Source of the DNA: Dehalococcoidia bacterium
Lineage (GTDB): Bacteria; Chloroflexota; Dehalococcoidia; DSTF01; JACRBR01
NCBI GenBank assembly: GCA_041494685.1
Contig: JBGQBE010000036.1
Coordinates: 1-33,991, forward strand
DNA length: 33,991 bases
Direction: 5' to 3'
Shown here piece after piece: positions 26,182 to 33,991 of the stretch. A program made the position numbers and the translations under genes. The notes beneath the pieces were generated by a model, which was given only the letters and a program-made list of their open reading frames with translations, made no database searches and was not told where the DNA came from. How positions within the stretch are numbered: the first letter of the stretch is position 1; the number at the start of each line of letters is the position of its first letter.

Positions 26182-27262
26182 GGCGCTGCTGGTGCTGGAA
26201 GACGGCACGGTGTTCACCGGCACAGCGATCGGCTCGGAGGCGCGCTCGCACGGCGAGGTGGTCTTCTGCACGGCGATGACCGGCTACCAGGAGGCGCTGA
26301 CGGACCCGTCGTTCGCCGAGCAGGTGCTGGTGATGACCTACCCGCTACAGGGCAACTACGGCATCAACGAGTACGACATCGAGTCGCGGCGCATCCAGGT
26401 GCGCGCCTTCGTCGTGCGAGAGGACTGCCACCAGCCGAGCCACTGGCGCTCGAAGGGGACGCTGCACGACTACCTGGCCGAGAACGGCGTGCCTGGCATC
26501 GCCGGCGTGGATACGCGCGCGCTGACGCGCAAGCTGCGCATGGCCGGCGTGATGATGGGCACCGTCACCAGCGACGAGTCGCCGGAGCAGGCGCTGACCC
26601 GCCTGCGGGAGCTGCCGCGCTACGGCAGCACCGACCTGGTGCCGTGGGTGAGCACGCGCACGACGTACGAGTACCCGGGCGACGTCCCGGCAACGGGGCC
26701 GCGCATCGTCGTGCTGGACCTGGGAGTGAAGTACAATATCCTTCGCGTCCTGCACCATCTTGGCTGCGCGCCGATCGTCGTGCCGTGCCAGACGAGCGCC
26801 GAGGACATCCTGGCGATGCGGCCCGACGGCGTGCTGCTCTCGCCGGGACCCGGCGACCCGGTGCTGCTGGACTACGCGGTGCGGTGCGCGACCGGGCTGG
26901 TGGGCCGGGTGCCGATCATGGGTATCTGCCTGGGTCACCAGGTGCTGGGCGCGGTGTTCGGCGCGACGTCGTTCAAGCTCAAGTTCGGCCACCGCGGCGC
27001 CAACCACCCGGTGCGCGACGAGGCGACGGGCCGCGTCTACATCACGGCGCAGAACCACGGCTACGCCGTCGACGACGCGGGGCTGATCGCGGACGTCGAG
27101 GTGAGCCACCGCAACGTGAACGACGGCACCGTCGAGGGCCTGCGGCACCGCCGCGAGCCGGTGATGTCGATCCAGTACCACTCGGAGGCGTCGCCGGGGC
27201 CGCTGGACAACCTGTACCTGTTCGAGCGCTTCCTGGAGATGGTGAGCGCCGTCCGCACGTAG
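26174..27262 (+). CDS. carA: Carbamoyl-phosphate synthase small subunit
   Basis: LVLEDGT, MTGYQE.LTDPS, GPGDP, GICLGHQ, FGHRGANHPV, QYHSEASPGP. Confidence 0.97.
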   Translation: MAKALLVLEDGTVFTGTAIGSEARSHGEVVFCTAMTGYQEALTDPSFAEQVLVMTYPLQGNYGINEYDIESRRIQVRAFVVREDCHQPSHWRSKGTLHDYLAENGVPGIAGVDTRALTRKLRMAGVMMGTVTSDESPEQALTRLRELPRYGSTDLVPWVSTRTTYEYPGDVPATGPRIVVLDLGVKYNILRVLHHLGCAPIVVPCQTSAEDILAMRPDGVLLSPGPGDPVLLDYAVRCATGLVGRVPIMGICLGHQVLGAVFGATSFKLKFGHRGANHPVRDEATGRVYITAQNHGYAVDDAGLIADVEVSHRNVNDGTVEGLRHRREPVMSIQYHSEASPGPLDNLYLFERFLEMVSAVRT

Positions 27263-27301
27263 AGAGCGTCGTGGAGTGCGTAGCTCCGCAGGGAGGCCAG
27301 C

Positions 27302-27757
27302 ATGAGTGAACCGACGTACCGCCAGGCGAACATCAACGACGCCGAGGCGATCTCTCACGTCATCGAAGTGGTGTTCAAGGAGCCGAATCCGGTGGGGTTC
27401 GAGCGGCCGCTCACGCCCGACGACGTGCGCACGTGGTTGAGCCGCCTCGGCGGCGAGGGCGGTGTCTTCCTGGCGACGATCGACGGCAAGGTCGTCGGCT
27501 TCGGCGCGCTGGACTACAACACGATCGAGCCGGACACCGTGGTGCTGGGCGTGTGGATGATCCCGGAGGTACGCCGGCGCGGCATCGGCACGGCGCTGGC
27601 GGAGTACGCACTGGGCTTCGCGCGCGACAAGGGGTACAAGCGGATCCGCGGCCGCCTGCCGTCGGACAACGAGGTCGCGCTGACGTTTCTCAGCAGCATC
27701 GGGGCGCTGGTGCCCATCTACAACCCGGAAGCACGCTTTGAGTTGCCGCTGGTCTAG
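27302..27757 (+). CDS. GNAT family N-acetyltransferase
   Basis: GGGAGG RBS. VRRRGIGTAL acetyl-CoA motif, DGKVVGF, NEVALTF. Confidence 0.85.
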   Translation: MSEPTYRQANINDAEAISHVIEVVFKEPNPVGFERPLTPDDVRTWLSRLGGEGGVFLATIDGKVVGFGALDYNTIEPDTVVLGVWMIPEVRRRGIGTALAEYALGFARDKGYKRIRGRLPSDNEVALTFLSSIGALVPIYNPEARFELPLV

Positions 27758-27771
27758 CCGGCAGGACGCGC

Positions 27772-28263
27772 ATGAACGACCTTCGCCTGGACACCATGAT
27801 GAAGAGCATCGATGTGCTCGGCCGCCTCGCGTTCGGCGGGCAGTGCATCGCCGCGATGGCGATGATCGCCGGCCCGGCGATCTTCGTGACGGCCGCCGTC
27901 CTGCCGTTCTTCACGTGGGGTGACAACCGTGGCGAGGCGCTGGCGCTGTGGCTCGGCGGCTGGCTGGTCGCCGTGCTGGTGACGGCGGCGGGCATGGGAC
28001 TGGGCTTCTTCTGCTGGCGCTGGTCCGGCGATTGGATCACGGAGTGGTACGGCTACGCCATCGGATTCGGCATCGCGGGCGCGGCCAACCTGGTGCTGGC
28101 GTACCTGCTGACGCAGTCGCCGCTGCCGATCTACCTGTCGTTCCTCTCGATGATGGCGGTGGCGTTCGTGTTGGGCTTCCTCATCGCGGGACGGCTGGGC
28201 GGCATCAACGTGCTGCCCGAACAACGCGAACAACGCCAGCGTGAGCTTGCGAGGCGACGCTGA
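27772..28263 (+). CDS. Hypothetical membrane protein (about 4 TM helices)
   Basis: Four hydrophobic segments and a charged C-terminus, with host-like codon usage. Confidence 0.7.
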   Translation: MNDLRLDTMMKSIDVLGRLAFGGQCIAAMAMIAGPAIFVTAAVLPFFTWGDNRGEALALWLGGWLVAVLVTAAGMGLGFFCWRWSGDWITEWYGYAIGFGIAGAANLVLAYLLTQSPLPIYLSFLSMMAVAFVLGFLIAGRLGGINVLPEQREQRQRELARRR

Positions 28264-28303
28264 TGACTACCGGCAAGCGCTCAGTCCTGGAATCCCACAA
28301 CGC

Positions 28304-31300
28304 GTGACCAAACCATCAAAAGTCCTGATCATCGGCTCCGGCCCCATCGTCATCGGGCAGGCCGCCGAATTTGACTATGCCGGCACGCAGGCCTGCAAGG
28401 CCATGCGCGAAGAAGGCGTGATCTCGGTCCTCGTCAACTCGAACCCGGCGACGATCATGACCGACGAGGGCGTCGCCGACATCGTCTACATCGAGCCGAT
28501 CACGGTGGACGTGATCGCGCGCATCATCGAGCGCGAGCGGCCGGACGGGCTGCTGCCGACGCTGGGCGGGCAGACCGGCCTGAACATGGCCGTGGCGCTG
28601 CACGAGGCGGGCGTGCTGGACAAGTACAACGTGCGCCTGCTGGGCACGCCGCTGGAAGCGGTGCGGAAGGCGGAGGACCGCGAACTCTTCCGGCAGATGC
28701 TGGACGAGATCGGTGAGCCGACGCCGCCTTCGATGATCGTCACGAACGACGCGCAGGCCCGCGAGGCGCTGGAGCGCATCGGCCTGCCGGCGGTGATCCG
28801 GCCGGCGTACACGCTGGGCGGCACGGGCGGCGGCATCGCCTTCACGCGCGAGGAGTACGACCGCTACACGGCGTCCGGCATGGCGCTCAGCCCGATCCAC
28901 CAGGTGCTGGTGGAGCAGTCGCTGCTCGGCTGGAAAGAGATCGAGTACGAGGTGATGCGCGACGGCGCGGGCAACGTCATCACCGTCTGCAACATGGAGA
29001 ACTTCGACGCGATGGGCGTGCACACGGGCGACAGCATCGTCGTCGCGCCCAGCCAGACGCTGTCCGACAAGGAGTACCAGATGCTCCGGACGGCGTCGCT
29101 GAAGATCATCACCGCGCTCGGCATCGAGGGCGGCTGCAACGTGCAGCTCTGCCTTGCGCCGAACCCGGAGACGACGCCGTGGGCGGTGCCGCGCGGCGAC
29201 GCGCTGCCGCCGTACTACGTGATCGAGGTGAACCCGCGCGTGTCGCGCTCGTCGGCGCTGGCCAGCAAGGCGACGGGCTATCCGATCGCGCGCGTGGCGG
29301 CGAAGATCGCCATCGGCAAGACGCTGGACCAGATCCCGAACGCGGTGACGCAGAAGACGAGCGCGGCGTTCGAGCCGGCGCTGGACTACGTCGTGGTGAA
29401 GATCCCGCGCTGGCCGTTCGACAAGTTCCCCTTCGGCGACCGCACGCTCGGCACGCAGATGAAGGCGACGGGCGAGGTGATGGCGATCGACCGCACGTTC
29501 GAGGGCGCGCTGCAGAAGGCGGTACGGTCGCTGGAGTTCGGCGGCCGCTCGCTGCTGTGGGAGGACCCGACGTGGCGCGACAACCACGCCGAGCGCCCGC
29601 TGCACGCGACGGACGAGCGGCTCTGGTCGATCATGGCGGCGCTGCGGCGCCGCGCGGATCTGCCGGCGCTGTCGCGCGCGACGGGCGTGGACCAGTGGTT
29701 CCTGCACAAGCTGACGAACATCATCGACATGGAGAAGCGGCTGCTGTCCGAGCCGCTGGCGCCGGACCTGCTGCGCGCGGCGAAGCGCATGTCGTTCTCC
29801 GACCGCCAGGTCGCGACGCTGAGCGACCGCCTGCCCGAGCAGGTGCGCGACCTGCGCGAGCAGTGGGACATCCGGCCCGTGTACAAGATGGTCGACACGT
29901 GCGCGGCGGAGTTCGACGCGGCGACGCCGTACTTCTACAGCACCTACGAGCAGGAGAACGAAGCGCTGCCGCAGCCGGGCAAGAAGGCGCTCGTCATCGG
30001 CAGCGGACCGATCCGCATCGGCCAGGGGATCGAGTTCGACTACTGCTCGGTGCACGCGTCGTGGGCGCTGGAGCGCGCGGGCTACAAGTCGATCATGGCG
30101 AACTCCAACCCGGAGACCGTCTCGACGGACTTCGACACGAGCGACCGGCTGTACTTCGAGCCGCTGGACGAGGAGTCGATCCGCGACATCCTGGAGAACG
30201 AGGCCGGCGGCGGCGCGGAGGGCGGGGGCGACATGCCGCCCTCGATCGTGCAGTTCGGCGGGCAGACGGCGATCAACCTCGCGGGGCCGTTGCACAGCGC
30301 GGCCGCGCCGATCATCGGCTCGTCGTCCGACACGATCGACCTGGCCGAAGACCGGCGGCGCTTCGAGGGGTTCCTGAACGGCCTCGGCATACCGCAGCCG
30401 CCGGGCGCGACCGTGGTCCACGTCGAGGACGCGATCCACACCGCCGACGCGCTGGGCTATCCGGTGCTGGTGCGCCCCAGCTATGTGCTGGGCGGCCGCG
30501 CGATGGAGATCGTGCAGAACCCGACGGAACTGGCGCGCTTCGTCCAGCAGGCGGCCGAGGCGAGCGAGGGCAAGCCGATCCTCATCGACAAGTACCTCGA
30601 AGGCAAAGAGGTGGAGGTCGACGCGATCTGCGACGGCGAGCGCGTGCTCATCCCGGGCATCATGGAGCACATCGAACGCGCGGGCGTCCACTCGGGCGAC
30701 TCGATGGCGGTGTACCCGGCGATCCACCTGACGCAGGCCGAGGTGGACGCGATCGTCGACTACACGCAGCGCATCGGCCTGGGACTGGACGCGCGCGGGC
30801 TGATGAACGTGCAGTACGTGATCATGCCGTCGGAGGATGCGGCCCGCGCGGGTGAGTCGGACGTCTTCGTGCTGGAGGTGAACCCGCGCGGCTCGCGCAC
30901 CGTGCCGTTCTTGTCGAAGGTGACAGGCGTGCCGATGGTGCGGACCGCCGTCAACATCATGCTGGGCCAGTCGCTGAAGGAGCAGGGGTACGAGGGCGGG
31001 CTGTGGCCGCGCCAGAAGCTCGTCGCCGTGAAGGCGCCCGTGTTCTCGATGTCGAAGCTGATCGGCGTCGACACGTACCTGGGGCCGGAGATGAAGTCCA
31101 CCGGCGAGGTGATGGGCATCGACGCGACGTTCCCGGCGGCGCTGGCGAAGGCGCTGCTTGCGGCCGACATGGCGCTGCCGCCGGGCGGCGGCGTGCTGCT
31201 GAGCATCGCGGACCGGCACAAGACCCAGATGCTGCCGGTGATCCGGCGTCTGCACGACGCGGGCTACCGCCTGTACGCCACGGAGGGCACGGCCGGCATG

Positions 31301-31615
31301 ATCGCCGCGCTGGGGCTGCCGGTGGAGCAGGTGACGAAGCGCCTGAACGAGGGCCACCCGAACGTGCTGGACGTGATCAACGACGGCCTGGTGTCGTGCG
31401 TGATCAACACGCCGGAGGGGCGCTACACGGGCACGCTGCGCGACGGCTTCTACATCCGCCGCGCCGCGACCGAGAAGCGCATCCCGTGCTTCACGAGCAT
31501 CGACACCGCGCGCGCGGCGGTCGAGGCGCTGACGGCCAGTCAGCAGCAGCACGGCGAGCACGCCTACCAGGTGCGTCCGTTCCCCGAGTACCGCGACGGG
31601 TCGCCGACGCCGTGA
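28304..31615 (+). CDS. carB: Carbamoyl-phosphate synthase large subunit
   Basis: [22 protein letters not shown], two ATP-grasp halves ([21 protein letters not shown]) and a C-terminal MGS domain. GTG 28304 is preferred over 28241 by homology extent. Confidence 0.97.
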   Translation: MTKPSKVLIIGSGPIVIGQAAEFDYAGTQACKAMREEGVISVLVNSNPATIMTDEGVADIVYIEPITVDVIARIIERERPDGLLPTLGGQTGLNMAVALHEAGVLDKYNVRLLGTPLEAVRKAEDRELFRQMLDEIGEPTPPSMIVTNDAQAREALERIGLPAVIRPAYTLGGTGGGIAFTREEYDRYTASGMALSPIHQVLVEQSLLGWKEIEYEVMRDGAGNVITVCNMENFDAMGVHTGDSIVVAPSQTLSDKEYQMLRTASLKIITALGIEGGCNVQLCLAPNPETTPWAVPRGDALPPYYVIEVNPRVSRSSALASKATGYPIARVAAKIAIGKTLDQIPNAVTQKTSAAFEPALDYVVVKIPRWPFDKFPFGDRTLGTQMKATGEVMAIDRTFEGALQKAVRSLEFGGRSLLWEDPTWRDNHAERPLHATDERLWSIMAALRRRADLPALSRATGVDQWFLHKLTNIIDMEKRLLSEPLAPDLLRAAKRMSFSDRQVATLSDRLPEQVRDLREQWDIRPVYKMVDTCAAEFDAATPYFYSTYEQENEALPQPGKKALVIGSGPIRIGQGIEFDYCSVHASWALERAGYKSIMANSNPETVSTDFDTSDRLYFEPLDEESIRDILENEAGGGAEGGGDMPPSIVQFGGQTAINLAGPLHSAAAPIIGSSSDTIDLAEDRRRFEGFLNGLGIPQPPGATVVHVEDAIHTADALGYPVLVRPSYVLGGRAMEIVQNPTELARFVQQAAEASEGKPILIDKYLEGKEVEVDAICDGERVLIPGIMEHIERAGVHSGDSMAVYPAIHLTQAEVDAIVDYTQRIGLGLDARGLMNVQYVIMPSEDAARAGESDVFVLEVNPRGSRTVPFLSKVTGVPMVRTAVNIMLGQSLKEQGYEGGLWPRQKLVAVKAPVFSMSKLIGVDTYLGPEMKSTGEVMGIDATFPAALAKALLAADMALPPGGGVLLSIADRHKTQMLPVIRRLHDAGYRLYATEGTAGMIAALGLPVEQVTKRLNEGHPNVLDVINDGLVSCVINTPEGRYTGTLRDGFYIRRAATEKRIPCFTSIDTARAAVEALTASQQQHGEHAYQVRPFPEYRDGSPTP

Positions 31616-32793
31616 CGCTGCCCGCGCCGGGCAGCGGGCGGCGCGAGCGGCCGACGCCGGGCCGCATCGCGGAGCTGATACGGCTGTTCGGCAAGCTCGG
31701 CATCATCGGCTTCGGCGGGCCGACCGCGCACATCGCCCTGTTCGAGGACGAGATCGTCTCGAAGCGCGGCTGGATCTCGCGCGACCAGTTCGTCGATGCG
31801 CTCGCCGCGACCAACATCATCCCCGGCCCGAACTCGACCGAGATGGCGGTCCACGTCGGCTACCGGCGCGCGGGCGTGTTCGGCGCCATCGTGGCCGGCG
31901 CAATGTTCATCGCGCCCGCGTTCCTGATGATGATCGTGTTGAGCTGGGCGTACTTTCGCTGGAGCGGGGTGGCCGCGGTCAGCGACGTCTTCGACGGCAT
32001 CAAGCCGGCCGTGATCGCCGTGATCGTCGTGACGCTGTGGCGGCTGTTCAAGTCTTCGGTGCGCGACGTGCCGCAGCTTGGCGTGATGGCGGTGGCCGGC
32101 GGGCTTGCGTACGTGTTCACGGCGTGGGAGCCGCTGATCCTGATCGCGGCGGGGCTTGCGGGCGTGGCCCTGTACACCCGCCCGAGCGACTACCCGCGGC
32201 CGCCGCTGCGCGTCGTCGTCCCGTGGCCGCTGCTCGCGCTGCCGCTTGCGGCGGCGGCCTTCGCGTGGCGCCCGGGCGAACTCGTAAGTCTCACGCTCGT
32301 CTTCCTGCGAGCGGGTGGCCTGCTGTTCGGCGGCGGCTACGTCATGATCCCGCTGATCCAGGACAGCGTGACGAAGCAGCACGCCTGGCTGACGCAGCAG
32401 CAGTTCCTCGATGGCGTCGCGCTCGGGCAGGCGACGCCCGGGCCGATCGTGATCACGGCGACGTTCGTCGGGTACGCTGCCGGCGGCCTCGCCGGAGCGG
32501 TCGTCGCGACGGCCGCCGTGTTCGCTCCGGCGTTCGTCCTCGCGATCAGCGCCGGGAACTTCCTTGAGCGCGTCCGTTCGTGGAAGATGGCAGCGGCGTT
32601 CCTGAAGGGCGTTGGCCCGGCGGTGGTCGGCACGATCGCCGCGGTATCGGTAGAGCTGGGCCGCAACGCGATCACCGACGGCTGGACCGCCGCGATCGCC
32701 GTCGCGGGGCTCGCCCTCGCGTGGCGCTACGGCCCGCTGCCGGCGCTGGTGTTCGCGGGTGCGAGCGGCATCGCGATCGGACGACTGGGTTGA
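31612..32793 (+). CDS. chrA: Chromate ion transporter (CHR family, long-chain)
   Basis: GTGA overlap with the carB stop. Duplicated motifs GFGGP/PGPNSTE and FGGGY/TPGP. Confidence 0.88.
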   Translation: MTLPAPGSGRRERPTPGRIAELIRLFGKLGIIGFGGPTAHIALFEDEIVSKRGWISRDQFVDALAATNIIPGPNSTEMAVHVGYRRAGVFGAIVAGAMFIAPAFLMMIVLSWAYFRWSGVAAVSDVFDGIKPAVIAVIVVTLWRLFKSSVRDVPQLGVMAVAGGLAYVFTAWEPLILIAAGLAGVALYTRPSDYPRPPLRVVVPWPLLALPLAAAAFAWRPGELVSLTLVFLRAGGLLFGGGYVMIPLIQDSVTKQHAWLTQQQFLDGVALGQATPGPIVITATFVGYAAGGLAGAVVATAAVFAPAFVLAISAGNFLERVRSWKMAAAFLKGVGPAVVGTIAAVSVELGRNAITDGWTAAIAVAGLALAWRYGPLPALVFAGASGIAIGRLG

Positions 32794-32815
32794 AGCGAAG
32801 GAAGAGCGCACAGGC

Positions 32816-33631
32816 ATGAAGATGGCGTACGCGGAGGTCGTCGAGAGCGAACGGCTCTACGCGCGCACCTACGTGACGTGGTTCCGCTGCCCGGCGCTGG
32901 GCAACGGCGCCGTGCCCGGCCAGTTCCTCATGCTCCGCTGCACGGACGATGCCGCGTACGGCGACGCTACGCCGGGCCACGCCGACGACCCGCTGCTGCC
33001 CCGCCCGATGAGCTACTACCGCGTCCGCCAGGGCGCGCAAGGGCCGGAGTGGGCCATCCTTTACGACGTCGTCGGCCGCGGCACGGAGTGGCTGTCGCGC
33101 CGCAAGCCGGGCGACCGTGTATACGGCTGGGGGCCGCTGGGCAACGGCTACGAGATCGGCCACGGCTCGCGGAACCTGCTGCTGATCGCGGGCGGCATCG
33201 GCGTGGCGCCGCTGGTGTGGCTGGCGGACGAGGCGGTGGCGAAGGGGCTCAGCGTGACGATGATCGTCGGCGCCCGCGACGCCGAGCACGTCTACCCGGC
33301 GCGCCTGCTGCCGCCGGAGGTCGAGGTGGTCGTGACGACGGACGACGGCTCGGCCGGCCGCAAGGGCTTCGTCACCGAGCCGTTCGCGGAGCTGCTGGAG
33401 TGGTGCGACCAGGCGTTCACCTGCGGCCCGACGCCGATGTTCCGCGCGCTGGCGGAGGCGGCGCGGAAGTCGAAGACGCGCCGGCCGGTACAGGCGCTGC
33501 TGGAGGAGCGGATGGCCTGCGGCACCGGCATCTGCTACGGCTGCGCGGTGCAGGTGCGCGCGCGCGGCGGCACGCAGATGAAGCTGGTGTGCAAGGACGG
33601 CCCCCGGTTCGAGATCCGGGACGTGTACTAG
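32816..33631 (+). CDS. pyrK: Dihydroorotate dehydrogenase electron transfer subunit
   Basis: PGQFLML, LLPRPMS, GPLGNG, AGGIGVAP, TDDGSAG, CGPTPM and MACGTGICYGC..VCKDGP [2Fe-2S] motif. Confidence 0.92.
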   Translation: MKMAYAEVVESERLYARTYVTWFRCPALGNGAVPGQFLMLRCTDDAAYGDATPGHADDPLLPRPMSYYRVRQGAQGPEWAILYDVVGRGTEWLSRRKPGDRVYGWGPLGNGYEIGHGSRNLLLIAGGIGVAPLVWLADEAVAKGLSVTMIVGARDAEHVYPARLLPPEVEVVVTTDDGSAGRKGFVTEPFAELLEWCDQAFTCGPTPMFRALAEAARKSKTRRPVQALLEERMACGTGICYGCAVQVRARGGTQMKLVCKDGPRFEIRDVY

Positions 33632-33773
33632 CAGACAGGCGCGCGAGCACGCCCGTCCCCCCAAAGCCCGCGATCACGATCCCGCTACCCTGACGCCCGG
33701 CGCCGCGCTAAGGTTCCGGCACCGGCCGCCGCAGGGTGCGGCGCGGCGCGGTCAGCCACGCAAGGAGAACCTC

Positions 33774-33991
33774 ATGGCACGCTCCATCATCACTATCGCG
33801 CGGTCGCTGGGCGCGGGCGGCGACGAGATCGGCCGCGGCGTCGCGCAGGCGCTGGGCTACCGCTACGTCGATAACGAGATCATCGACCGCGCCGCCGAGC
33901 GGGCCGGCGTCTCCGCGGAGAGCGTCGCGAAGGCGGAGCGGCCGCCGGGGCTGCTGGCGCGGATCCTCGACGGCATGGCTATGACGGCAAC
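33774..33991 (+). CDS. Cytidylate kinase-like family protein (3'-truncated by window end)
   Basis: Absent from the ORF track because it has no stop. AAGGAG RBS and ATG 33774; translates MARSIITIARSLGAGGDEIGRGVAQALGYRYVDNEIIDRAAERAGVS. Confidence 0.85.
   Translation, partial: MARSIITIARSLGAGGDEIGRGVAQALGYRYVDNEIIDRAAERAGVSAESVAKAERPPGLLARILDGMAMTA

Noticed and set aside
33736..33984. 82-aa track ORF at the window end
   Set aside because: Wrong frame. The RBS-supported frame from 33774 gives a recognisable kinase-like protein.

Overview
High-GC bacterial chromosomal window. Gene content and protein style suggest Chloroflexota, possibly Dehalococcoidia-like; this is inference only. In order: (1) a 5'-truncated Pro/Thr-repeat surface protein with a sortase-like C-terminus; (2) a tandem HD-GYP phosphodiesterase; (3) a GYD / GYD-acyltransferase fusion / VOC cluster, convergent on an acyl-ACP-desaturase-like diiron protein; (4) a minus-strand run of SRPBCC, AIR-synthase-like protein and ChlI/MoxR-like AAA+ ATPase, with a lower-GC DUF433/DUF5615 toxin-antitoxin pair wedged before the vWA partner gene; (5) a c-di-GMP-I riboswitch on the minus strand with no recognisable gene directly behind it, only an 87-codon ORF with a hairpin-occluded RBS; (6) a secreted Gly-rich protein plus an OmpR/histidine kinase pair; (7) a zur-znuACB-like metal uptake operon; (8) an HAE3/MMPL RND transporter divergent from a flippase-less DUF2156 aminoacyltransferase; (9) a PyrR-attenuated pyrimidine operon (pyrR pyrB pyrC carA, GNAT, membrane protein, carB, CHR transporter, pyrK); (10) the start of a cytidylate-kinase-like gene. 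I saw no rRNA, tRNA, CRISPR array, integrase or transposase. All calls come from motif recognition by eye; no database searches were run.
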